A stretch of 64,000 nt of DNA. Origin: a virus (lineage: Duplodnaviria; Caudoviricetes). A program made the position numbers and the translations under genes. Positions 1-7,490 of this stretch are shown here, piece by piece. The stretch spans positions 30,755-94,754 of IMG/VR virus record IMGVR_UViG_3300021256_000079. The stretch is one strand, 5' to 3'. The notes below the pieces were generated by a model. It was not told the origin of the DNA. It did not search any database and worked only from the letters and a program-made list of their open reading frames with translations. The first letter of the stretch is position 1; every line of letters starts with the position of its first letter.

Positions 1-1
1 A

Positions 2-163
2 AGTGCGTATACGCTCTTTGAGTTGAGGTTCTCAGACGAATCGGACCTCATGGCCGGCTTGGATTGGCTGACCGACTATTTCAATCATATCAATGGTATT
101 GAACTGTTTTACGCACACGAAATCAGACCCACTATTAGATGGACTAAGAGACGGTTTTATTAA
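2..163 (+). CDS. 3' end of hypothetical protein (truncated by window edge)
   Basis: Open frame 2 to TAA at 161-163, followed by a terminator. Confidence 0.55.
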   Translation, partial: SAYTLFELRFSDESDLMAGLDWLTDYFNHINGIELFYAHEIRPTIRWTKRRFY

Positions 164-169
164 AAGATG

Positions 170-206
170 AGGACTTGAAACAAGTCCTCTTTCTTTTTTT
201 TTTTTT
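170..206 (+). terminator. Rho-independent terminator (cassette repeat copy 1)
   Basis: GAGGACTTG-AAA-CAAGTCCTC hairpin plus long T tract; identical hairpin at 543. Confidence 0.85.
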
Positions 207-232
207 CGCGTGATCAACATGCCTTATAATGA
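206..232 (+). promoter_or_regulatory. Conserved phage promoter-like motif, copy 1
   Basis: TCGCGTGATCAACATGCCTTATAATGA; consensus WCGCRY-N4-AACAY-N6-TAATGA. Confidence 0.8.
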
Positions 233-247
233 AAGGAGTGATTCGTA

Positions 248-526
248 ATGAATCAGATTATTGAATTTATTGGTATCTATTTGATCATGGGAATTGCGGC
301 TGACTTAATTTACATTGTGTTTGCGATGGGTTACTTATTTGTGAAGTTATATCCTAATTACAATAAGCTTGTAGAATTCAACAGGCATATTGAATCGGAT
401 AAAAACGAAGACAAAAGCAAAAGTAACGCTATTATGCACTGGCTCAATGTACTGTTCATGTGGCCGTACAGAATTACAATGGCTGTATACGATATTTATT
501 CGACAATAAAGAAGATTACTACGTAA
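248..526 (+). CDS. Small membrane protein, paralog of 1266-1541
   Basis: RBS, hydrophobic N-terminus, shared LNxLFxWPYRIT motif. Confidence 0.8.
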   Translation: MNQIIEFIGIYLIMGIAADLIYIVFAMGYLFVKLYPNYNKLVEFNRHIESDKNEDKSKSNAIMHWLNVLFMWPYRITMAVYDIYSTIKKITT

Positions 527-542
527 CGACTTTACAAAAGAC

Positions 543-576
543 GAGGACTTGAAACAAGTCCTCTCTTTTTTTTTTT
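543..576 (+). terminator. Rho-independent terminator (cassette repeat copy 2)
   Basis: Same hairpin as 170 plus T tract. Confidence 0.85.
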
Positions 577-602
577 CGCGTGATCAACATGGACTATAAT
601 GA
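576..602 (+). promoter_or_regulatory. Promoter-like motif, copy 2
   Basis: TCGCGTGATCAACATGGACTATAATGA. Confidence 0.8.
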
Positions 603-618
603 AAGGAGGCTTAATGCC

Positions 619-957
619 ATGCTAAAGAAACTTATTGGATTATATTTACTAGGTTTTGTTGTAGGAATGGGTATTGGAAAATTCATTATTGTCCCTATGA
701 TGGAGAGGAATAAGGACAGGAAAGAAAAGAAAATGCGGGAACTAGAAAAAGAACTGATGAATAAAATGAAGGAGGAAATGATAGCAAAGCGGCAAGCTGA
801 AGAATACAAAAGAATGGAAAATTTACAAACAAAAACAACGGAAGAATTATTGGAAGAAATTGACAGATTGTTTACTGAAATGGGAGAAAAGATGGACTAC
901 GAAGATGCATGTAGGACATTCGAAGAAAGAATCGAAAACGACGACAAAGAGGAGTAA
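619..957 (+). CDS. Membrane-anchored coiled-coil protein
   Basis: RBS GAAAGGAGG; N-terminal hydrophobic helix, charged tail. Confidence 0.75.
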   Translation: MLKKLIGLYLLGFVVGMGIGKFIIVPMMERNKDRKEKKMRELEKELMNKMKEEMIAKRQAEEYKRMENLQTKTTEELLEEIDRLFTEMGEKMDYEDACRTFEERIENDDKEE

Positions 958-965
958 ATACTATT

Positions 966-1193
966 ATGCTAAATGCATTTGAACTAACTGCAAAAGAAAA
1001 GGAAGAAAGAGATCGCATGCAGCGATACATTTATGAAAGGAACCTGTATCAACGTGGCTGGGAATGGTGCCACGAACGATCGTTTCAAGACGAACACATT
1101 GGAGATATTATTAACGAAATAGATCTAATGCTAATGCTTAAAATAAACGGAAAGTATATTTGGGAAAAAGAAAAAACCAGAAAAAGAGGTTAA
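966..1193 (+). CDS. Hypothetical protein
   Basis: ORF with RBS, followed by hairpin/T tract. Confidence 0.7.
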   Translation: MLNAFELTAKEKEERDRMQRYIYERNLYQRGWEWCHERSFQDEHIGDIINEIDLMLMLKINGKYIWEKEKTRKRG

Positions 1194-1223
1194 GTCCGCA
1201 AAACGCGGACTCTCTTTTTTTTT

Positions 1224-1250
1224 TCGCATCATAAACATACCTTATAATGA
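1224..1250 (+). promoter_or_regulatory. Promoter-like motif, copy 3
   Basis: TCGCATCATAAACATACCTTATAATGA, directly after a terminator. Confidence 0.8.
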
Positions 1251-1265
1251 AAGGAGGGATTCACA

Positions 1266-1541
1266 ATGATGAATCTTATTATCGAAATTGTAGGTATGTA
1301 TCTTATTGTAGGTATTGTGGCTTATGGAATCTATATGGTAGCATGGACCATCTACGCTTTGACTAAGCTGTATCCGAACAGGGCAGAAAAAGTACAAGAT
1401 TTTAAATCTCATGTATATGCAAAAATAGAACAGCCAAAAAGCAAAATTGGTCACTTGCTCAATATACTATTTCTATGGCCGTACAGAATTACTATTGGAT
1501 CGTATAATGTTTATTCAATAATTAAGGAGATGACTGTGTAA
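1266..1541 (+). CDS. Small membrane protein, paralog of 248-526
   Basis: Clear sequence similarity; same 3' flank TAACGACTTTACAAAAGACG. Confidence 0.8.
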   Translation: MMNLIIEIVGMYLIVGIVAYGIYMVAWTIYALTKLYPNRAEKVQDFKSHVYAKIEQPKSKIGHLLNILFLWPYRITIGSYNVYSIIKEMTV

Positions 1542-1587
1542 CGACTTTACAAAAGACGGGCCACAAACGTGGCCTTTCTTTTTTTTT

Positions 1588-1614
1588 TCGCATCATGAAC
1601 ATGTTCATAAATGA
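1588..1614 (+). promoter_or_regulatory. Promoter-like motif, copy 4
   Basis: TCGCATCATGAACATGTTCATAAATGA after a terminator. Confidence 0.75.
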
Positions 1615-1653
1615 GATGGAAACATCATCAAAGTATTTAGGAGGTTATGAATT

Positions 1654-2070
1654 ATGACAACTAAGGAACAGTATCGAGTGATATTTGACTATAAGGGAAA
1701 TGGTACCCTATATGACTCTAAGGAGCTATTTCGTAACGGATTGGAAAATACATTTGTACAATCGTATAATCAGTTTGTGAATGCTGTTAATCCGCATTTT
1801 GAACTGTGGAACAGAGAGGCTGAGGCATTTGGTTTTGACGAATCTGATGACCCAAACTCTATGTATATGCAATTCATGCAGAGAAAGCAAAGCGAGGTGT
1901 TAAAAGACGAAATGACAAAAGATATTTTTGTAGAAATAAAGAAATGGCAGCCGCAGGGGGCTACATATGAATGGTACATAGACGAATATGGACAGTTTCA
2001 TATGATGCTGGCCGGTGACATGATGGGACTCGGATACATTGATATTTGCGTACACATCGAAAAAATCTAA
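1654..2070 (+). CDS. Hypothetical protein
   Basis: ORF with AGGAGG RBS. Confidence 0.75.
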   Translation: MTTKEQYRVIFDYKGNGTLYDSKELFRNGLENTFVQSYNQFVNAVNPHFELWNREAEAFGFDESDDPNSMYMQFMQRKQSEVLKDEMTKDIFVEIKKWQPQGATYEWYIDEYGQFHMMLAGDMMGLGYIDICVHIEKI

Positions 2071-2101
2071 ATTGAGGGGCTTAAAGCAAGCCCTTCTTTT
2101 T

Positions 2102-2127
2102 TCGCGTAAAAAACATACTTTATGTGA
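2102..2127 (+). promoter_or_regulatory. Promoter-like motif, copy 5 (variant spacing)
   Basis: TCGCGTAAAAAACATACTTTATGTGA after a terminator. Confidence 0.65.
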
Positions 2128-2178
2128 AAGGGAGCTTGAACAAGGCTCCTTATATTTTTATCGAAAGGGGTTTTAACA

Positions 2179-2415
2179 ATGTTTAAAAAGTACAAACTGG
2201 AAGGCTGGATTGACTATCCTGGAGTCGGCAAGATTACGGACGAAGATGTTTATCGGACAGTAAAGAAGCATTCAAGACTTGTAGATAGACTCAATCCTCG
2301 CAAAATGCTGGAGATGTCTTTTTATGCGCAAGCCATTCTTATGAAAGCTGCTGAACCAGACGATGTGAACAATCCGAACTGGAAGTTTTATGGAAAGAAG
2401 CATAAAAGGAGGTGA
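2179..2415 (+). CDS. Hypothetical protein
   Basis: ORF with RBS. Confidence 0.7.
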   Translation: MFKKYKLEGWIDYPGVGKITDEDVYRTVKKHSRLVDRLNPRKMLEMSFYAQAILMKAAEPDDVNNPNWKFYGKKHKRR

Positions 2416-2798
2416 AATTAATGTCGCGTGTTGATATTAACTATTTGTTGGATCAGGTAAAGTATAGATTTAAGCTTGCTTATCATGACGCTTATGAAAA
2501 AGGCAAGAAAGCGGCTGAGTACGTACGTGACAATCCAAGAGAAGCAGCGATGATTATTGCCGCTGGCAGTACGTTTCTTGGAATCGCACATAAGATTTCA
2601 AAAGATATTTCCAGAAAGAATCTTTTAAGAAAGGAAAGAGAACTGAAGGAACTGTACGTGTACGACTATAGCAGTCATATGTATATTCGACTGAAGCATA
2701 AGCTTAGTGTTGAAGATCTCGAAAATGTTGAAAGACTTCGTAGAAAGGGTTATAGCAAAACGGAAGCACTTCTTAAACTTAATCTTGTAAAGAAATGA
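2412..2798 (+). CDS. Hypothetical protein with central hydrophobic helix
   Basis: Overlapping start/stop coupling, RBS. Confidence 0.75.
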   Translation: MKLMSRVDINYLLDQVKYRFKLAYHDAYEKGKKAAEYVRDNPREAAMIIAAGSTFLGIAHKISKDISRKNLLRKERELKELYVYDYSSHMYIRLKHKLSVEDLENVERLRRKGYSKTEALLKLNLVKK

Positions 2799-2813
2799 AA
2801 GGAGTTCTAACTC

Positions 2814-3089
2814 ATGACTAATTGGGACAAAATAAGCAAAGCTCTCAGCGGATTGCTTAAGGATATTACGCCAGATGTATTTGCGGAATCTCTCGCAAGC
2901 GATTGCGCGACTTGCACGTATTGTGCGTTAAATGAAAGATGTAATTCAGTATTCTATGTTTATGATGAAAATGGTGAATGCGTAGTAGATAATGATGGTG
3001 ACCCAATTGTAAATGACGATTTCCCAGGATGTGAAAAGATCATTCTGGGATATTTAAATGAAGAAACAGGTGAAGATGATGCACGCTAA
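2814..3089 (+). CDS. Cys-rich hypothetical protein
   Basis: CATCTYC motif; RBS. Confidence 0.7.
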   Translation: MTNWDKISKALSGLLKDITPDVFAESLASDCATCTYCALNERCNSVFYVYDENGECVVDNDGDPIVNDDFPGCEKIILGYLNEETGEDDAR

Positions 3090-3438
3090 TCTGCATCTTA
3101 TAACAGAAATGGAACTTATACCTGTAATGATCGATGCTATCATGGAACCTTTTTATGAAGGTAACTTTTTAATGTATGACAAAGAAAAAGACGAGTATAA
3201 GTATCCGGATGTCATGCCACAATTCAGATGGGACTACTATACTGTTCATCCGAAGATATTCTATCCTAAAATTGAAGACTGTTTCATCATTATTGATCCA
3301 GAAGGAAGAGCAATTGCCAGAAGATGGTGGAACGGTAAAAAATGGATCGACCAAAACAAGCATTTTGAAAGATTCATAAAGAAAAATAAGCGTAAATGGA
3401 AAGGATGCTACATGCTAGAAATAGATGTGCATTGGTGA
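3076..3438 (+). CDS. Hypothetical protein
   Basis: ORF coupled to neighbours; start approximate. Confidence 0.7.
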   Translation: MMHANLHLITEMELIPVMIDAIMEPFYEGNFLMYDKEKDEYKYPDVMPQFRWDYYTVHPKIFYPKIEDCFIIIDPEGRAIARRWWNGKKWIDQNKHFERFIKKNKRKWKGCYMLEIDVHW

Positions 3439-3446
3439 TTAATACG

Positions 3447-3758
3447 ATGAAAGCTAAAGAATATTTCGAAAAGTATGCTGAATCAGTTTGGGAAGACTAT
3501 CAGCAGGACGAATTTCGTGGCGACGGTCCAATCGCCAAAATGTTTATTGAATTTATGACGGAAACCAAAGATATTTGCGAAAAAAGAAAAGCCAAAACTG
3601 ATCGAGCGGTACTAAGTGTCGTTGATGAACAGAATAAGAAGTGGAACGCTTTGGCAAATCTGTTCATTAAGAAATACGGTCAATCTCCTATTAAGCGTGA
3701 CGGATATTTAAATGGAGCTGAAAGCGAACTTGGAGTCTCGCTGAAGAAAAGAACATAA
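3447..3758 (+). CDS. Hypothetical protein, paralog of 14529-14912
   Basis: AKEYFxxY...KKWxxLxNxF shared. Confidence 0.7.
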   Translation: MKAKEYFEKYAESVWEDYQQDEFRGDGPIAKMFIEFMTETKDICEKRKAKTDRAVLSVVDEQNKKWNALANLFIKKYGQSPIKRDGYLNGAESELGVSLKKRT

Positions 3759-3784
3759 CGCGTAAGAAACATGGTGTTTAATGG
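3758..3784 (+). promoter_or_regulatory. Promoter-like motif, copy 6
   Basis: ACGCGTAAGAAACATGGTGTTTAATGG followed by a hairpin. Confidence 0.75.
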
Positions 3785-3837
3785 GAGGACTAAGGAAACT
3801 TGGTCCTCTTATATTTTTCTCGAAAGGAGTCATACCA

Positions 3838-4653
3838 ATGAGTCTCAAGGTCAAGGGAAAAACGTTGCTTATTCTGGTGACAGGTGCTGGTATTGTAGTC
3901 ACAGCTTATCTTGCCGCTAAGAAAGCACCGGAAGCTCAAAAGAGAAAGGAGGAAGCACTTAAAGCAAAAAGAGAAGCCACTGGAGATGAGAACGCTCAGC
4001 TTACAACTACCGAGTCTATAAAGGCACAAATTGGTAGTTATGCGCCAGCAATTATTAGTGGTGTCGTAGCTTTTAGCAGTTTTATTGGAACCGAAATTAT
4101 TGACGAGCATGATATTCATAAGATTAAGCAGTCGGTAACGAACGATTTCAATAAACTTAAGAATTCACTAGATGACTACAAAACAATGACCGATAAGTTG
4201 AACGGCAATGGCTCTTCCAAGATAATTGAAAGAGCTATTGAACAAGACAATAAGACGTTTACAACAAGACAGTGGTACCGAATTGTATTTGAGGGTGAAA
4301 AACTTGAATTCCAGTCTACGCCAGAAGAGGTGATTAAAGCTTTTTATGAGGCGAATCGACAGTTTCAGGGTACAGGAATTCTGACATTTAATGAGTTTAT
4401 TGATTTTCTCGATCAGCAGCTATTGACAGATGAAGCTCAGCAAAAGGGTGAAGAACTCTGTTGGGAGGCTTTTGTATGTGACAACATCTTTGGCTACACG
4501 TGGCTAGACTTTGATATTCAGCCTTGTGAAGATAGACCCGACATGAAAGAGATCATCTTTCCTGTGATGCCTCGTTATATTGATGAGGAAGATCGATACC
4601 ATAAGATTAACGAAGCCTGTGCTAAAAAGATTACGGATGGTGATATTGAATGA
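3838..4653 (+). CDS. DUF6353-like phage protein (paralog family with 12047 and 16484)
   Basis: N-terminal hydrophobic GxxxTA helix, second hydrophobic helix, similar C-terminal domain; family name from memory. Confidence 0.65.
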   Translation: MSLKVKGKTLLILVTGAGIVVTAYLAAKKAPEAQKRKEEALKAKREATGDENAQLTTTESIKAQIGSYAPAIISGVVAFSSFIGTEIIDEHDIHKIKQSVTNDFNKLKNSLDDYKTMTDKLNGNGSSKIIERAIEQDNKTFTTRQWYRIVFEGEKLEFQSTPEEVIKAFYEANRQFQGTGILTFNEFIDFLDQQLLTDEAQQKGEELCWEAFVCDNIFGYTWLDFDIQPCEDRPDMKEIIFPVMPRYIDEEDRYHKINEACAKKITDGDIE

Positions 4654-4982
4654 CGCCTAAAACGTATGTACTCGAGGTTTCGGACGAAATCAATAGTGTT
4701 CCAAGTAGGATTAAGAGTATACAAAAACTGTTCAACGATGAGAATACGATCGTTACTCTTAACCTTATAAGAGAGGTGTTCGGATTGAGGCCGCTTAGAT
4801 CAGAGTATGAAATGTGCTTTGGTCCGAACACAGAAGAACCGCTGGATATTAGTGTATCTTACAGCTTTAATACTAGGATGCATGCTGAAAACAATTGTTA
4901 TACAATCAAGATTTCGAACGTCATCGATTTAAGATATTTTTATGAATGTTGTGAGGAGAGCGATTACTATGGAGACGATTAA
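4650..4982 (+). CDS. Hypothetical protein
   Basis: ATGA overlap with upstream gene. Confidence 0.7.
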   Translation: MTPKTYVLEVSDEINSVPSRIKSIQKLFNDENTIVTLNLIREVFGLRPLRSEYEMCFGPNTEEPLDISVSYSFNTRMHAENNCYTIKISNVIDLRYFYECCEESDYYGDD

Positions 4983-5292
4983 AATTAGTGATACAGATCT
5001 TAGGGAATATGCCAACGAAATTATGTCGAGCGATGAGTATCTCGCTCAGAGAGAAAAATACCATATGCACAACCCAAAGCACTATGTAAATGAATCGACG
5101 CATAGAGCAATCATGATGAGTTCTATTGATATTGCGAAAAAAACTATCGGCAGTAACGGTACTATTGAAGAGATCAAAAGAGCATGTGTCTATATGAGAA
5201 TCTGTATTGACGCAAGACAGTATCGACTGAACTATACGGCGGCAAAGAAAGAACTCAAAATTGATGAGCTTGTTCAGAAGTATTGTAAATAA
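4969..5292 (+). CDS. Protein resembling the post-catalytic helical segment of the phage RNAP
   Basis: EEIKRA..IDA..L..IDELVQKY aligns ungapped with RNAP EEIARA..IDA..L..IAELKTKY. Confidence 0.7.
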   Translation: METIKISDTDLREYANEIMSSDEYLAQREKYHMHNPKHYVNESTHRAIMMSSIDIAKKTIGSNGTIEEIKRACVYMRICIDARQYRLNYTAAKKELKIDELVQKYCK

Positions 5293-5295
5293 TAC

Positions 5296-5322
5296 TCGCG
5301 TAAGAAACACACGTATAGATGA
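5296..5322 (+). promoter_or_regulatory. Promoter-like motif, copy 7 (heads the unit containing the pentamer array and Cas7-like gene)
   Basis: TCGCGTAAGAAACACACGTATAGATGA followed by a hairpin. Confidence 0.75.
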
Positions 5323-5374
5323 GAGGACTAAGGAAACTTAGTCCTCTTTATTTTTATCGAAAGGATGAAAAACT

Positions 5375-5908
5375 ATGAAAAAAGCTATTGTTCGCGGAAA
5401 CTACGATGAAGCCCCTATGCTCCAGATGGGTTATGTTACTGATTACATGTGGAAATCGGTAGCATACTTTAGAGCGCCAGAAAAAAGTGGAAGATATTTG
5501 GTTATTAAAAAAGACGGAACACTCGACGAATATGAGTGCACCGGAACAAAATGCGATGACAAATCGCTGTTTGAAATGGCCGCTGAAATGAGTGATGAAT
5601 ATTGCTCAGCCGTTTTTGTCAATGAACACCCCGCAAGCGATACAGAAATTCTTGACACTTACAGAAGTCCATGGTCTAGATGGTATAAAGTCGAGGAGTG
5701 GTACGAATACGAAGACTGCCACACTGATCTGCATATGTTTACAGAAGAATCTGATCAGTATCCATTATATTTTCTTGACCTTAATCTTGATGAAAAATTC
5801 CAAATCGAAGAAAACGGTGAAATTCACACAGGTGAGGATCCCGTTTACTTTAGACTTAATACGAATCTTGAATACGAGCAAATCGACGACGAAGATAAAA
5901 ACGAGTGA
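5375..5908 (+). CDS. Acidic hypothetical protein
   Basis: ORF with RBS. Confidence 0.75.
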   Translation: MKKAIVRGNYDEAPMLQMGYVTDYMWKSVAYFRAPEKSGRYLVIKKDGTLDEYECTGTKCDDKSLFEMAAEMSDEYCSAVFVNEHPASDTEILDTYRSPWSRWYKVEEWYEYEDCHTDLHMFTEESDQYPLYFLDLNLDEKFQIEENGEIHTGEDPVYFRLNTNLEYEQIDDEDKNE

Positions 5909-5915
5909 ATAAAAT

Positions 5916-6576
5916 GTTATGGCAAAGTGTAGATCTGAGGGGCGTAGGAAGAGAAAAGCAACGTGATGGCATGGAACGGCAGGGAAAAGAATTGCAAAGC
6001 GAGGGAATAGCGCTGCACTGAATCGCGTGGGAACAGAGTAGTTACGAGTAGCAAAGGATTAGCGATGCGACGATTACCAAAGAGATGCATTGGCATAGAA
6101 CGGCACGGAAACGAATGGCAAAGGACTTGCATAGAAGAGCAAAGGAGAGGCGTGGCGACAAAATGGAGACGAAATGCAACGGAACAGGACCGCTAAGAAA
6201 TGAGGAGCGTTGGAAATGAACGGTATGGAGCAGAAAAGAACTGCATAGGAATAGAACAGCTACGAATTGAGGAGTGTTGGCATAGCTCAGAGATGCAATG
6301 GAAATGAACTGCCAAGAAACGGTACGCAGTGGTAGAGCTTAGATACGAGAAGCATTGGCAAAGAACGGATGCTCATCGAGATGCAAAGGAAAAGAATGGC
6401 CTTGAATTGAACTGCCAAGAACACAAAAGCAATGGAATTGCAATGAAACGTCCTGAAAGGGAGAAGAAAAGCAAGGATAGCCGCGAACTGTACGCATTGG
6501 CAAAGAATGGAGGCTCATCGAGATGCTAAGGAAAAGCCTTGCATTGAACTGCCAAGAACAGAAAGGCGACGGCGAT
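5916..6576 (+). ncRNA. Pentamer-periodic G[AC][AG]NN array; putative guide-RNA array for the adjacent Cas7-like protein
   Basis: Parses almost entirely into G-initiated 5-mers with a single extra G every ~3-9 units; no credible ORF. Confidence 0.75.
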
Positions 6577-6589
6577 TGCTTGAAAGGAG

Positions 6590-6874
6590 GTGATCAAAAT
6601 GATAATTGAAAGCTTTCCTGGCGATGCCAAACCGTACAAGTGTAATGACTGTGACACAATCTTTTTATGGAGGGAGGATATTGCAGATCATCCAAAAGGA
6701 AGATGTAACAGGTTTAGTACTAAGTACGAATGCTATACAAACGACGAAACATGCTTATTTTACAGCAAATGTAGTGGACCGATATGCCCAGTATGTAAAT
6801 CCAAATACGTTGTAAACGTAAACTCTTTTTACTACAGAATAACAAGATATTTCAGAAATCGAAAGGAGAAATAA
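6590..6874 (+). CDS. Zn-ribbon protein, paralog of 10489-10752
   Basis: CNDC and CPVC motifs; shared C-terminus RIxxYFR. Confidence 0.75.
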   Translation: MIKMIIESFPGDAKPYKCNDCDTIFLWREDIADHPKGRCNRFSTKYECYTNDETCLFYSKCSGPICPVCKSKYVVNVNSFYYRITRYFRNRKEK

Positions 6875-6876
6875 TT

Positions 6877-7488
6877 ATGATCACTTTGACTGTTAAGGTT
6901 ACTTTTACTGAGGAAGTCCTTGGAACTGCTTCTGCTAACAAAGATATTCATGCTGAATACATCGCTAGCAAGGCTCCTGATGCTGCTTCCATTAAGGAAG
7001 AAGTGGAAGCCGTTGGCGCTGAAGAAGTGTTTGAAAAGTCTATGACCGTTTTTCCGCGAGGAAAAGATGGCGGACCGATTGCCTGGGATTACCAGTGGAA
7101 GGGTTTTCTTAAGGACGCCTTTAAGTCCCTTAAGAAGATTCCTGGATCTGAATGCGGTAAGATTAAGGCCTATAAACAGGAGATTGATGGCCTTATATTC
7201 GTGAACCCGCGTCAGATCCCGATCGTTCTCCCTGAAGGCGGAAAGATTGGTATCTGCCAGAGACCTCTCAGAGCCAGCACTGCTCAGGGTGAAAGGATTG
7301 CTTTGGCCTCTTCTGAAACAGTTCCTGTCGGATCTACTATGACGTTTGATATTCAGCTGCTTCTTGACACACACGAAAAAGCTGTAATCGAGGCTTTCAA
7401 TTACGGAAAGCTTCGTGGTTTTGGTCAGTGGCGAAACTCCGGTGCCGGACGTTTCAACTATGAAATCCTTAACAGAAAGGTGGATTAA
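6877..7488 (+). CDS. Solitary Cas7/RAMP-like protein
   Basis: N-terminal strand with VTFTEEVLG, helix WKGFLKDA, C-terminal Gly-rich loop GFGQWRNSGAGRF typical of RAMP/Cas7 (Csm3/Csf2-like) folds. Confidence 0.75.
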   Translation: MITLTVKVTFTEEVLGTASANKDIHAEYIASKAPDAASIKEEVEAVGAEEVFEKSMTVFPRGKDGGPIAWDYQWKGFLKDAFKSLKKIPGSECGKIKAYKQEIDGLIFVNPRQIPIVLPEGGKIGICQRPLRASTAQGERIALASSETVPVGSTMTFDIQLLLDTHEKAVIEAFNYGKLRGFGQWRNSGAGRFNYEILNRKVD

Positions 7489-7490
7489 TC

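Noticed and set aside
5917-6529. ORFs 6329-6529 (+) and 5917-6132 (-) as real genes
   Set aside because: No convincing RBS; they are short chance frames in DNA whose period is 5, not 3.
5916-6576. Classical CRISPR array next to the Cas7-like gene
   Set aside because: No identical 25-40 nt direct repeats alternating with unique spacers; the structure is 5-nt periodic instead.
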